NCBI GenBank assembly: GCA_963777605.1
Contig: CAVZRV010000030.1
Span: 96,001 to 160,000, forward strand
Direction of reading: 5' to 3'
Length of the DNA stretch: 64,000 nucleotides
Origin: an uncultured Acidobacteriota bacterium
GTDB lineage: Bacteria; Acidobacteriota; UBA6911; RPQK01; JAPXNP01
A model generated the notes under the pieces. That model saw only the letters and a program-made list of their open reading frames with translations. It was not told where the DNA came from and ran no database searches. Below are positions 22,521 to 31,630 of the stretch, piece by piece (the first letter of the stretch is position 1; the number at the start of each line of letters is the position of its first letter). The position numbers and the translations under genes are program-made.

Positions 22521-23581
22521 CTCGAATCCGGAGCGGCTTCGTAGCAGCCGAGGAATTTGAAAACCGACGTCTTTGCCCGAACCCGGGTCAGGACGCTGAC
22601 AACATCGCGATCCTGATCGGATCCAAAAAAGTCCAGGAAGAAGACGTAGTTACCGGGATCGGCTCGGTTCGGCATTGACTCGATGCGGGTGAGATTGATC
22701 CCGGCATCGGCGAACTCCTTGAGGATCTGGAAGAGGGCGCCCGCTTTGTGCTCGGCGACGAATATCACGGAACACTTGTTGCCCGGTTGAGGGGATGTGC
22801 CCGCCGACAGGACGAGGAACCGGGTAACGTTCCCGGGGTGGTCTTCAATGTTTTCAGCGACCGTTTTCAGATGGTAATACTCTGCCGAAAAGGTGCTGGC
22901 GATGGCGGCGGTAGCTTCAGGGCGTTGCTGGACCAGCATTTTTGCCGCGCCCCCGAGATCGTAGTACAGGCGGGTTTCGTATTTCCCTTCGGTGAGGAAT
23001 GTCTGGCACTGGGACAGCGCCTGCCGATGGGAGTAAACGACGCGAATTTCTTCCGGGTCGGTTTCCGGAAGCGTGAGCAGGGAATAGTGGACCGGCAGCC
23101 TGATTTCCCCAATGACATTGAGGTTGGTTTTAACCAGGAGTTCGTTGACGTCGGTGACCGTTCCGCCAATGGTACTCTCCACCGGGACGACGCCGTAATG
23201 GAGCAGGCCCTTCTCAACTCCCTGGAAAACTTCGGCGTAGTCCAAGCAACTGATGTAGACAAGTGAATCGTTAAATTCGCGCGCGGCGATCTCGCTGTAG
23301 GAACCGTGTTCTCCCTGAAATCCGATCAGTTCGACGTCAACCTGCTGGAGCCGCTTGCTCTCACCGATGATGTCGAGAAAGAGCTTCTTGCAGAAGTCGG
23401 GTTCGATCAGCCCCTGAGAGTGCCTTCGGATGTATTCGATGACCTCGTGCTCCCGCCGTGGATCGGAAACGGACGTCTTGAACTTCTTGGTGCGGAGCGC
23501 AAATTCCATCCGGCTGTTGAGGAGTTTGAGGATTTCGAAGTCGATAGTGTTGATTCTTTTCCGGATTTCATCGAGTGTCAT
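22505..23581 (-). CDS. pheA: Bifunctional chorismate mutase/prephenate dehydratase
   Basis: LDEIRKRINTID...LLNSR (CM), FQGxxGSYSE, VPVES, SHxQALSQC, NVTRF and ACT domain INLTRIESMP; start ATG 23581. Confidence 0.95.
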   Translation of the reverse strand: MTLDEIRKRINTIDFEILKLLNSRMEFALRTKKFKTSVSDPRREHEVIEYIRRHSQGLIEPDFCKKLFLDIIGESKRLQQVDVELIGFQGEHGSYSEIAAREFNDSLVYISCLDYAEVFQGVEKGLLHYGVVPVESTIGGTVTDVNELLVKTNLNVIGEIRLPVHYSLLTLPETDPEEIRVVYSHRQALSQCQTFLTEGKYETRLYYDLGGAAKMLVQQRPEATAAIASTFSAEYYHLKTVAENIEDHPGNVTRFLVLSAGTSPQPGNKCSVIFVAEHKAGALFQILKEFADAGINLTRIESMPNRADPGNYVFFLDFFGSDQDRDVVSVLTRVRAKTSVFKFLGCYEAAPDSSYSAD

Positions 23582-23699
23582 GACTTTTCCTTCGGGTGCA
23601 CGGCAACCTGTTAGATTAGAAATGACTTCATGCGACCAGTTCAAGCGTTGAGGCGCGGGAATCGGTCGGGGCCGTCGAGGAAACCGCTGCGATAGGACG

Positions 23700-24629
23700 C
23701 TAGAAGTGCCTGACGAGGGCCGGCTTTGGACCCGAGTCCCGGTTCATCAACTCAACCAGCGCCGGGCTGGCGGGTCGAATCGTCTGGGTCTCGAGGTTGA
23801 CCGCCCAGACCAGGTGCGTTTCCGACGCCTGATCTGACTTCTGAGCCACGATCTCGATGGCAATCTCCGGCAGCTTGGTTCGGGTAACAGCCCACCTCTT
23901 GTACTGCAGGTCCAGATAGTTTCCGGTCTCAACCAGGGACCGGGCCACATCGGACCGCTTCTGGAGCAGTTCGAACGCCCGGCGAATCGGCAGCGTCGAC
24001 TGGGCGGGCTCGGCGGAGGCCGGTACTCGAGACGGCTCCGTGGCCGGTTCTGTCTTTACGGTTCCGGTAGAGGCTGTCGGCGCTCCGGGCTCGCCCGGCT
24101 CGTTCGGGGTCAGTGAGCCAGGGGGTGACTGCTCGTGCTCGGGCGCCACTTCGGAGGTCAGCGGTTCCTCTGCGTCCGGTGTCGATTCGGATTTCGGATT
24201 AGCACTATTACCGGAGAGGAGTAGAACAAGCACAATCACGACGGCGAGCCCCCCAACGGCCAGCCAGATGAGGTGGGTTCGCCGGCGACCTCCGGGTTCG
24301 AAGGCACTTTCGTAGAGCGATCCCGAAGGCGAAACCGGCGCCCGCGCAGGTGCCGATGGGCCACCCATTCTGTCGATCGGTCGGGTTGTTGAAGAGGCAG
24401 CAGCAGCGTGTCCCGAGGCAGTCTTGATCTGCAGCTGATTGCGGATCAGTTCGAAGGCCTGGTTGATGGCCTGGAGCTCCCGCAATGCCTTCCGTTCGAG
24501 GCGCGGAGTGTCCGTGAATCGCTTGGGGTCCCAGACCGTGACCAGGTCGCTGTGAGCCTCCATGACCTCTCGAAAGGAGGTCCCGGGCTCGAGTCCCAAA
24601 GTCCGATAAGCTTGCTCCAAGTCTGTCAT
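23700..24629 (-). CDS. Membrane-anchored protein with a degenerate N-terminal J-domain
   Basis: AYRTLGLEPG...DLVTVWDPKRF...LQAINQAF, then one TM helix, a Pro-rich linker and a C-terminal domain. Confidence 0.8.
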   Translation of the reverse strand: MTDLEQAYRTLGLEPGTSFREVMEAHSDLVTVWDPKRFTDTPRLERKALRELQAINQAFELIRNQLQIKTASGHAAAASSTTRPIDRMGGPSAPARAPVSPSGSLYESAFEPGGRRRTHLIWLAVGGLAVVIVLVLLLSGNSANPKSESTPDAEEPLTSEVAPEHEQSPPGSLTPNEPGEPGAPTASTGTVKTEPATEPSRVPASAEPAQSTLPIRRAFELLQKRSDVARSLVETGNYLDLQYKRWAVTRTKLPEIAIEIVAQKSDQASETHLVWAVNLETQTIRPASPALVELMNRDSGPKPALVRHF

Positions 24630-24764
24630 GGCCTGCGGGCGGATTCTAACACTAACGCGCGGTTGAGTGGGCTCCTGACCGGCATGGATGCCAATGCAGA
24701 CTGGTCAAGGTAGAAGTGGTCTTCACCGTCTGGTCTCGAACGGGGGAACCAGGTAGAAGGGACA

Positions 24765-25307
24765 CTAGTAAGCCTTTCGCAGAAAGGAGTCGATTCCTTC
24801 TTCCTTCAGCCGGACCTGATCGGAGAGCGCGTCCGACTTGGACAGATAGGGGCCGGCCAGAACCCTGAAATAGTCACTTGCCGATTCGGGAGTGCGCACC
24901 TGACAAGGGATACCCTTTGACCGAATCTCCGAGGCTCGCTTTTCAGCTCCCGGCTCGCCCTTGAAGGCCCCCAGTTGAAGGACTAACTCGCCGGATTTGA
25001 TCGCCTTTGAACGAGGATTGGGGGTCTCCGCAGATTCCTTTGGCTCGGCCTTCGATGATCCCCCCTGGATCACGATCTCAGGAGAAGTCTGCATCGAGTC
25101 TGCGTTTCCCCCGGGCGGGGACCCGGAGTCAGGAAGGGGGGCGGCTTTCAATTGCGTCGGCGTGCCTTGCACGGTCTTGGCAGCCGGAGCCGGGATGGTG
25201 TGATTCCACCCGAGGGTCAAGAACCAGAGTGCCGCCAGAATTGCCCAGACGGCGACGGCGACAAGCGCAATCGTTCGAAGACGGATTTCTTTCAATGAAT
25301 CGAACAT
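24765..25307 (-). CDS. SPOR domain protein
   Basis: N-terminal TM, low-complexity linker, and LQLGAF...YFRVLAGPY...LKEEGIDSF. Confidence 0.88.
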   Translation of the reverse strand: MFDSLKEIRLRTIALVAVAVWAILAALWFLTLGWNHTIPAPAAKTVQGTPTQLKAAPLPDSGSPPGGNADSMQTSPEIVIQGGSSKAEPKESAETPNPRSKAIKSGELVLQLGAFKGEPGAEKRASEIRSKGIPCQVRTPESASDYFRVLAGPYLSKSDALSDQVRLKEEGIDSFLRKAY

Positions 25308-25548
25308 AATTAGTCCTGACTCTTCCCAAAGACTGTAGCACCTCGATCTGGCAATTCACGGTCTGGCCAATTTGACAGCAACGGCATTCCGGTTATCTGG
25401 TGGACTCCTGATCGATCACCGCGCCTATGTGGATCTCCAGTTTCCGATTTCCGACGAACCTCCTTCCCGGAAGTGGCCGTTGCGGGTAGACTTCTGAAAC
25501 CCATCCAGTTCAGGATTTGACGTGTTCTGGAAAGGAAAGAGAGGTGTC

Positions 25549-25998
25549 ATGCGAACAATTCTGGGCATATTGTCTGGGCTGGCATTGTTTGGATTTCTGG
25601 TATCGTGTGGGGGATCAACGGAACCGGTTCCGGAAAATTCGGCGGCTGCATTGAATGAGGGAGGAGAACTGAACGTGCCTGGAAAATTCATCCATACCGT
25701 CTTTTTCTGGCTCAGGGAAGGGACCAGTGAAGCGGAGAAGCAGCAACTGGTCGAGGATTGTCGAACCTTGCTCGGATCGATCGAAACGGTGCGATTCCTG
25801 GAGACCGGCTTTCCGGCGGGAACTCCTCGGGACGTGGTGGACAACAGCTACGGGGTCGGCCTGGTGGTCCACTTTGACGACAAGCAGGGACACGATTTCT
25901 ACCAGGACGCCCCGGTCCACAAGGATTTCATCGCCAGGAACCAGGCAATCTGGGAAAGAGTGCAGGTTTACGATTTGGTGGTTGCTCCGAGGGACTGA
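25549..25998 (+). CDS. Dabb (stress-responsive alpha/beta barrel) family lipoprotein
   Basis: Lipobox LVSC; FIHTVFFWL, RDVVDNSY, YQxxPxHxxF and VYD motifs. Confidence 0.85.
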   Translation: MRTILGILSGLALFGFLVSCGGSTEPVPENSAAALNEGGELNVPGKFIHTVFFWLREGTSEAEKQQLVEDCRTLLGSIETVRFLETGFPAGTPRDVVDNSYGVGLVVHFDDKQGHDFYQDAPVHKDFIARNQAIWERVQVYDLVVAPRD

Positions 25999-26007
25999 TT
26001 GCGTTTC

Positions 26008-26484
26008 TTAAGCGGTCCCACCTGAGTCCAGGCTGGCTTGGGTCAGCAGCGTGACGGCGGTAACGGCCGCCAGCATGATCAGGAGCAGGAACAGGAGCAC
26101 GGAAAGAAGCGTCAGGGGCTTTCCCGTGAACCGGCGCATTGTCCAAATGGTACCCACGTTGGCGGCGACTCCGAGGATCGCGCAGACGAGGGCGCCCGTG
26201 AGGTGATCCGAGCCGGTCGGGGGAAGAAAGTCCGAACCCCTGATTGGTCCTCGGGCGAAGTCCCAGCCCATGTAGGCTCCGACCAGCAAGCCCGCACAAA
26301 TAAGCAACTGCCGGGCCATGCGGCGGTCGGGGATGTAACGGCCGGCCAGGCCCATCAGTACGCCTGTCGGAATTGCCGCACCGACGGGTATGAACGGACC
26401 CGCCAGCGGGTAGAGCAGTGTCATCGAGTGGGCGGACAGCCACCAGACGGCGCCGGATAAACACCAGAGGAATCCCTTTTCCAT
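26008..26484 (-). CDS. Hypothetical membrane protein
   Basis: ~158 aa with about 5 hydrophobic segments; fills the gap between neighbours. Confidence 0.6.
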   Translation of the reverse strand: MEKGFLWCLSGAVWWLSAHSMTLLYPLAGPFIPVGAAIPTGVLMGLAGRYIPDRRMARQLLICAGLLVGAYMGWDFARGPIRGSDFLPPTGSDHLTGALVCAILGVAANVGTIWTMRRFTGKPLTLLSVLLFLLLIMLAAVTAVTLLTQASLDSGGTA

Positions 26485-26544
26485 ATTGGTCACTTAGATT
26501 GTTTATCGTGATGGCGGCTTTGTCGAGGACCCAGGTTCAAGAAG

Positions 26545-28032
26545 ATGAGTTTTGAAACCCAGGGGCTGATTGCCATTATTTTCTTCTACGGATTGTTTTT
26601 CGCCGTGGGTAGCCTGGCGGCGAGAGTGCGAAAGTCTTCAAATTCCATCGACGAATTTCTCCTCGCTGGCCGAAATTTGCCGCTCGTAGTCGGCGCGCTG
26701 ACGATGGTGGCCACCTGGGTCGGGGGCGGGTACATCAACGGAACGGCTGAAGCGATGGCCGATCCCGCCCGCGGCCTGGTGTGGACCCAGGCTCCCTGGG
26801 GCTATGCCTTGAGCCTTATTGTCGGTGGACTGGTTTTTGCCGGTCCCATGCGAAAACAGGGCTTCCACACCTTGCTCGACCTCTTTGCCGACCGTTACGG
26901 GACCCGGGTTACGGCGGGTCTTTTCGTGCCTGCACTGTTGGGGGAGATCTTCTGGAGCGCCGCAATTCTGGTCGCACTGGGAACGACGTTTGGAACGATC
27001 CTCGACATTGATTTCACGACATCCATCCTCCTCTCGGCCGCCGTGGCGATCGGTTACACCATGATGGGGGGGCTAAGATCGGTTGCCTACACCGATGTCC
27101 TGCAGTTGGCCTTCATTTTCACGGGCCTCGTGGTGGCGGTTGTGTTCGCTCTCCACGGAAGCGGGGGGCTGGATGCGGTCGTGTCACGCTACTCTTCGAT
27201 GTTTTCAGGATCGAACCGGATTCTGCCGCCTGAGTCGGCGTTCAGCGGTTCGGCTCCATGGGGTTGGCAGTGGGCTGACGTTGCCCTCCTGCTGATCTTC
27301 GGAGGAATCCCCTGGCAGGTCTACTTCCAGCGAGTGCTGGCCTGCCGGGACGAGCGCTCGGCAATCCGACTGTCTTTGATGGCTGGCTTCGGCTGCCTGG
27401 TAGCGGCCGTCCCCGCCGCCCTGATCGGTGTGATCGGTGGGACTACCAACTGGACGGCGCTCCACATCGAACCGCCTGGAAACCCTGCTCTCACCCTGCC
27501 CTGGGTTCTGCTCCACCTGACTCCCCATCTGGTTGCCCTGCTGGGACTCTCCGCCATTGCCGCGGCGGTAATGTCTTCGGTCGATTCTTCCATCCTGTCG
27601 GCGTCATCGATGTTCGCCTGGAATATCTACCGCCCGTTCCTGAGCCGGGGGGAGGAAGACCGGTCAATTGCCTTGGTCACGAGGGTCGCCGTTCTCGTAA
27701 TCGGATCAGCGGCCGCCAGCCTGGCGTTGGCCGTCCAGAGTGTCTATACGCTCTGGGCGCTTTGTTCCGACCTGGTTTACGTGATCCTGTTTCCGCAGTT
27801 GCTGATGGCCCTTTTCTACCGTCGGGTGACGCGGACCGGCGCCGTGGCCGGCGCCCTGGTTGCCCTCGTGCTTCGAATCGGCGGTGGAGAACCGCTGCTC
27901 GGAATCGACTCGATTCTCCCTTATCCGATGTTCGACGCAGCGCATGGACTGATGTTTCCTTTCCGGACCTTCTCGATGGTCGCCGGGTTGCTGACAATCT
28001 GGGCCGTGTCGAAGGCAAGGGTTTTCGATTGA
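26545..28032 (+). CDS. Sodium:solute symporter of the high-affinity choline transporter (CHT1/SLC5A7-like) type
   Basis: ATWVGGGYINGTAE, QAPxGYALSL, GExFWxAAI, AYTDVxQL, GGIPWQxYFQRVL, SDLVYVILFPQL and GGEP motifs. Confidence 0.9.
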   Translation: MSFETQGLIAIIFFYGLFFAVGSLAARVRKSSNSIDEFLLAGRNLPLVVGALTMVATWVGGGYINGTAEAMADPARGLVWTQAPWGYALSLIVGGLVFAGPMRKQGFHTLLDLFADRYGTRVTAGLFVPALLGEIFWSAAILVALGTTFGTILDIDFTTSILLSAAVAIGYTMMGGLRSVAYTDVLQLAFIFTGLVVAVVFALHGSGGLDAVVSRYSSMFSGSNRILPPESAFSGSAPWGWQWADVALLLIFGGIPWQVYFQRVLACRDERSAIRLSLMAGFGCLVAAVPAALIGVIGGTTNWTALHIEPPGNPALTLPWVLLHLTPHLVALLGLSAIAAAVMSSVDSSILSASSMFAWNIYRPFLSRGEEDRSIALVTRVAVLVIGSAAASLALAVQSVYTLWALCSDLVYVILFPQLLMALFYRRVTRTGAVAGALVALVLRIGGGEPLLGIDSILPYPMFDAAHGLMFPFRTFSMVAGLLTIWAVSKARVFD

Positions 28033-28115
28033 CGGTCTTCGATTTATGATTTCTTTTTCGATTTGTGATTTAGAGCGTTCTTTTGGGTGCCGGAATGAGC
28101 AGGGAGGGTGCGGGA

Positions 28116-28847
28116 ATGAGTAGTGGTACAGGGGGAGCACGAGGAACTGGAGTGGCTGGGCGTATGGCGGCTCTGTCCGTTCACCTATACACGGCTTCCG
28201 GGGCGGTGTGGGCCGCGCTGACTGCACTGGCAATTTCGCGAAGCGACTACCGGATGGCGTTCATCTGGATGCTGGCGGCACTGGTGGTGGATTCGACCGA
28301 CGGAACCCTCGCTCGCCGGTTTCGGGTCAAGGTGATGTGGCCCAGCATCGACGGCCGGAAGCTGGACGATATCGTTGACTACCTCAATTACACTTTTCTT
28401 CCGCTGATCCTGATTGCCCACGCGGGATGGGTGGAGGAGCCCCGGGTACTCTGGATCGGGCTGGCGGCTGTCGCCAGCCTGTTCGGGTTCGCCAATGTCG
28501 GAGCCAAGGAGGAAGACGAAGGATTCTTCCTGGGCTTTCCCTCTTACTGGAACGTGTTCGCGCTCTATCTTTTCCTGCTGTCACCCGATCCCGTGACAGC
28601 AACCGCCTGGACCCTGTTTTTGACCGCTCTGACGATAGCTCCGTTGCGGTTCCTTTATCCCAGCCACTCTTCCCGCTGGAACCGTTTTTTCACTTGGGGA
28701 GGGCTGATCTGGACAGCAATGGCGGCGTGGATCCTCCTCGAGCAACCGGAGAGCCATCCAGTCCTCGTCTGGATCTCGGCACTCTATCCCGCTGCCTATT
28801 GCCTGCTTTCTTTCGTGGAGGACTTTCGTACGAGGCGCGCAGGCTGA
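28116..28847 (+). CDS. pcs: Phosphatidylcholine synthase (CDP-alcohol phosphatidyltransferase)
   Basis: VHLYTASG, VDSTDGTLAR, IDGxxLDDIVDYLNYTFLP and FFLGFPSYWN, all Pcs-type motifs. Confidence 0.85.
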   Translation: MSSGTGGARGTGVAGRMAALSVHLYTASGAVWAALTALAISRSDYRMAFIWMLAALVVDSTDGTLARRFRVKVMWPSIDGRKLDDIVDYLNYTFLPLILIAHAGWVEEPRVLWIGLAAVASLFGFANVGAKEEDEGFFLGFPSYWNVFALYLFLLSPDPVTATAWTLFLTALTIAPLRFLYPSHSSRWNRFFTWGGLIWTAMAAWILLEQPESHPVLVWISALYPAAYCLLSFVEDFRTRRAG

Positions 28848-28957
28848 ACCTTCCTTGTTTGGCCGACACCTTGCTGGGCCAGAGTTGAGTGCGCACGAAG
28901 TGAGCGCTATCGTCGCCGGTGCGTTGACTTTGGACGGGGAAACGATAGAGTCAGGCT

Positions 28958-30301
28958 ATGCGAATGGCCTCACGTTTTATTCTGCCGATCGTCATTTTGT
29001 CGCTTGCCGGGACGCTGGTTCCTGCCCAGCAGGGGGCCGAGTCAGTGGGGCTGTCCAACCGGCCCGAACGCTTGGCGTGGTTTCAGGATCAGGGTCTTGG
29101 ACTGTTTATTCACTGGGGTGTGGACAGCCAGATCGGCTCGGTGATCAGTCACTCCCTGGTGGGAGCGTCGGACGACTACCTCCGTCGATTCTTCGAAGAA
29201 CTGCCGGCTACTTTCGATCCCACTGGGTTTGACGCCGATGCATGGGCCCGACTGGCCCGAGTCGCCGGGTTCCGTTATGTCGTGTTCACGACCAAGCACC
29301 ACTCCGGGTTCACGATGTTTCAAACCGACACGACCGACTTCGGCATTACCCACACTCCATTCGCCCGTGACATAACAGCGGAACTCGTTCGGGCACTGCG
29401 AAACCAGGGCTTGGCGATCGGGTTCTACTTCTCTCCGGACGACTTCAACTTCCTTTACAAGCAGGGCACCCTGATCAGTCGGCGCCGTCCCGAGGCGCAG
29501 CCTGCGAACAACCCGGAGTTGATGGCTCACAACCTGGCGCAGGTGAGGGAGTTGCTCTCCAATTACGGTCCGATCGACGTGGTCTTTTTCGACGGCCCGG
29601 CTGACGGTCTGCTCGACCTCACCTGGAAGCTGCAGCCCTCGGTCGTCGTGACTCGTGGGGCCATGAAAACCCCCGAGATCACCCCTTCCACGAAAGAGGG
29701 GCTGCCGGCGCTCACCTCTATCGAACCATGGGAGGCCTGTTTCACAATGGGAACCTCCTGGCAGTTCAAGCCGACCAACGAGAGTTACCTTCCAGGGAGC
29801 CACTGGATTCAGACCCTGATCGAAACCCGGGCCAAGGGCGGAAACATGCTGCTCAATGTGGGGCCGACACCCGAGGGGCGGATCTCCGCCGTACAGGAGA
29901 ATATCCTCCGTGAAATCGGTCTCTGGATGTTCGTGAACCGGGAGTCTGTCCTTGGTGTTCGTCCCTGGGTCGTTACCAATGAGGGGCCGATCTGGTTTAC
30001 ACAAAAAGAGAAAGAGTCCACCGTCTACGCTTTTGTTGCCGGGGATCCCTGGCCGTGGGGAGCCGGAAAAACGGTTGAACTTCGATCGGTCCAGGCCGGA
30101 CCCGAGACTCGAGTTCAGGTGTTGGGACAGAATGACCAGGTACTCGAGTACCAGCCGGATGTGGTTCCCCGGACTTCCTGGAAGCAGGAGGGCAAGGTTC
30201 TCCGGATCACGGCAACCCGGGCCCAGCGACTCTACAATGACCGGACCTGGCCGAACCCGGTTGTCCTGAAAATCGTAAACGCGAAGGCTGCACCCAGATG
30301 A
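28958..30301 (+). CDS. Alpha-L-fucosidase (GH29)
   Basis: Signal peptide, GLFIHWG, FDADAWA, YVVFTTKHHSGF, FFDG nucleophile region, WEAC and GGNMLLNVGP. Confidence 0.92.
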   Translation: MRMASRFILPIVILSLAGTLVPAQQGAESVGLSNRPERLAWFQDQGLGLFIHWGVDSQIGSVISHSLVGASDDYLRRFFEELPATFDPTGFDADAWARLARVAGFRYVVFTTKHHSGFTMFQTDTTDFGITHTPFARDITAELVRALRNQGLAIGFYFSPDDFNFLYKQGTLISRRRPEAQPANNPELMAHNLAQVRELLSNYGPIDVVFFDGPADGLLDLTWKLQPSVVVTRGAMKTPEITPSTKEGLPALTSIEPWEACFTMGTSWQFKPTNESYLPGSHWIQTLIETRAKGGNMLLNVGPTPEGRISAVQENILREIGLWMFVNRESVLGVRPWVVTNEGPIWFTQKEKESTVYAFVAGDPWPWGAGKTVELRSVQAGPETRVQVLGQNDQVLEYQPDVVPRTSWKQEGKVLRITATRAQRLYNDRTWPNPVVLKIVNAKAAPR

Positions 30302-31059
30302 ATCGAACGGTCCTGACCCCTTTCTTTCTCGACAGCCTTGTCCCTGGGCTGCTGGAGTTGAGCTCCGGGGACTCGGTCTTGAACGACCGGGAGCCGGCAG
30401 GGAAGGATCTCCTCGAGCGAATCAGTTCGGTTCACTGCCGGCTGGCGGATCAAGTGGCTGCAGCTGTCTCATCCGGATTCCGTCCTGTTTCGATCGCCGG
30501 CGACTGCTGCACGAGCCTGGCGGTGATGGCCGGACTGGAGCGTGTCGGTGTCTGCCCCCACCTGATCTGGTTCGACGCTCACGGGGATTTCAACACGTTC
30601 GAGACTTCACCGAGTGGCTTCCTGGGAGGCATGCCGTTGGCGATGATGGTCGGGCGAGGGGAACAGCGACTGGTTCGCGCCCTCGGATTGACTCCGTTGG
30701 CCGAGAGCCGGGTAACCCTCACGGATGGGCGGGATCTGGACCCGCTCGAGCGGGAGGCGCTGGCCGCGTCCCGGGTCAACTTTCTGCCCCGGGTGGAAGC
30801 TCTCCTCGAGGGCAGTCTTCCGGACGGACCAATCTACGTTCACTACGATACCGACATCGCGTCGGCTGTCGAGGTGCCGGCGCAGAATTACCCGGTCCCG
30901 GGGGGACCCGGGGCGAAGGAACTGAGACGGGTATTCGATCGCCTGGCGGGTACCGGAAAGATTGTGGCAGTTTCGGTTTCCACCTGGAATCCAAAACTGC
31001 CGGATGCCGCGGTGAGTCGATCGGTCTCGATGGAGTTGCTCCGCCGATTGCTCGGATAG
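30298..31059 (+). CDS. Arginase/ureohydrolase family protein
   Basis: AGDC, WFDAHGDFNT, SGFLGGMPL, RDLDPxE and VHxDxD metal motifs; ATGA overlap with the fucosidase. Confidence 0.88.
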   Translation: MNRTVLTPFFLDSLVPGLLELSSGDSVLNDREPAGKDLLERISSVHCRLADQVAAAVSSGFRPVSIAGDCCTSLAVMAGLERVGVCPHLIWFDAHGDFNTFETSPSGFLGGMPLAMMVGRGEQRLVRALGLTPLAESRVTLTDGRDLDPLEREALAASRVNFLPRVEALLEGSLPDGPIYVHYDTDIASAVEVPAQNYPVPGGPGAKELRRVFDRLAGTGKIVAVSVSTWNPKLPDAAVSRSVSMELLRRLLG

Positions 31060-31136
31060 TCTGTGGATCGGTGTCGAATCAACAACTCTTCCGGGGCGAG
31101 GGCCGGACTCTTGTGTAGAATCGCCCGGGAAGGAGA

Positions 31137-31625
31137 ATGCGCATGCTGAAAGGGATATCCCCGGTGCTGACACCGGATCTTCTGGACGTGTTGAATCGGA
31201 TGGGACATGGAGACGAAATAGTGCTTGCCGACGCACACTTTCCCGGCGAGAGCACGGGGCGAATCACGCTCTGGTCGGGTTGCGGGATTCCGCAGCTCCT
31301 GGATGCCATTCTGCCGCTCTTTGAACTCGACGTCTACGTGGAAAGCCCACTCGTGATGATGGCACCTGTGGAGGGAGATTCCCTGGATCCCGAAGTGGAG
31401 TCGTCCTACCTTGTGGCGATCCAGCGCCACGCTCCGAATTCTCCGGCGATTGAGAGGATCGGCCGGTTCGAGTTCTACGATCGCGCTGCCGAGGCCTTCG
31501 CCGTCGTGATGACCGCCGAAACAGCGAAGTACGGCAACATCCTCCTGAAGAAGGGGGTTACGCCCGTAACGGAGTCCGTCTTGAGGCGTTTCCTTCCGGA
31601 AGCGCAAAGCCAGCCAGTGCCCTGA
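31137..31625 (+). CDS. fucU: L-fucose mutarotase (RbsD/FucU family)
   Basis: [32 protein letters not shown] and [10 protein letters not shown]. Confidence 0.92.
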   Translation: MRMLKGISPVLTPDLLDVLNRMGHGDEIVLADAHFPGESTGRITLWSGCGIPQLLDAILPLFELDVYVESPLVMMAPVEGDSLDPEVESSYLVAIQRHAPNSPAIERIGRFEFYDRAAEAFAVVMTAETAKYGNILLKKGVTPVTESVLRRFLPEAQSQPVP

Positions 31626-31630
31626 TGGGA

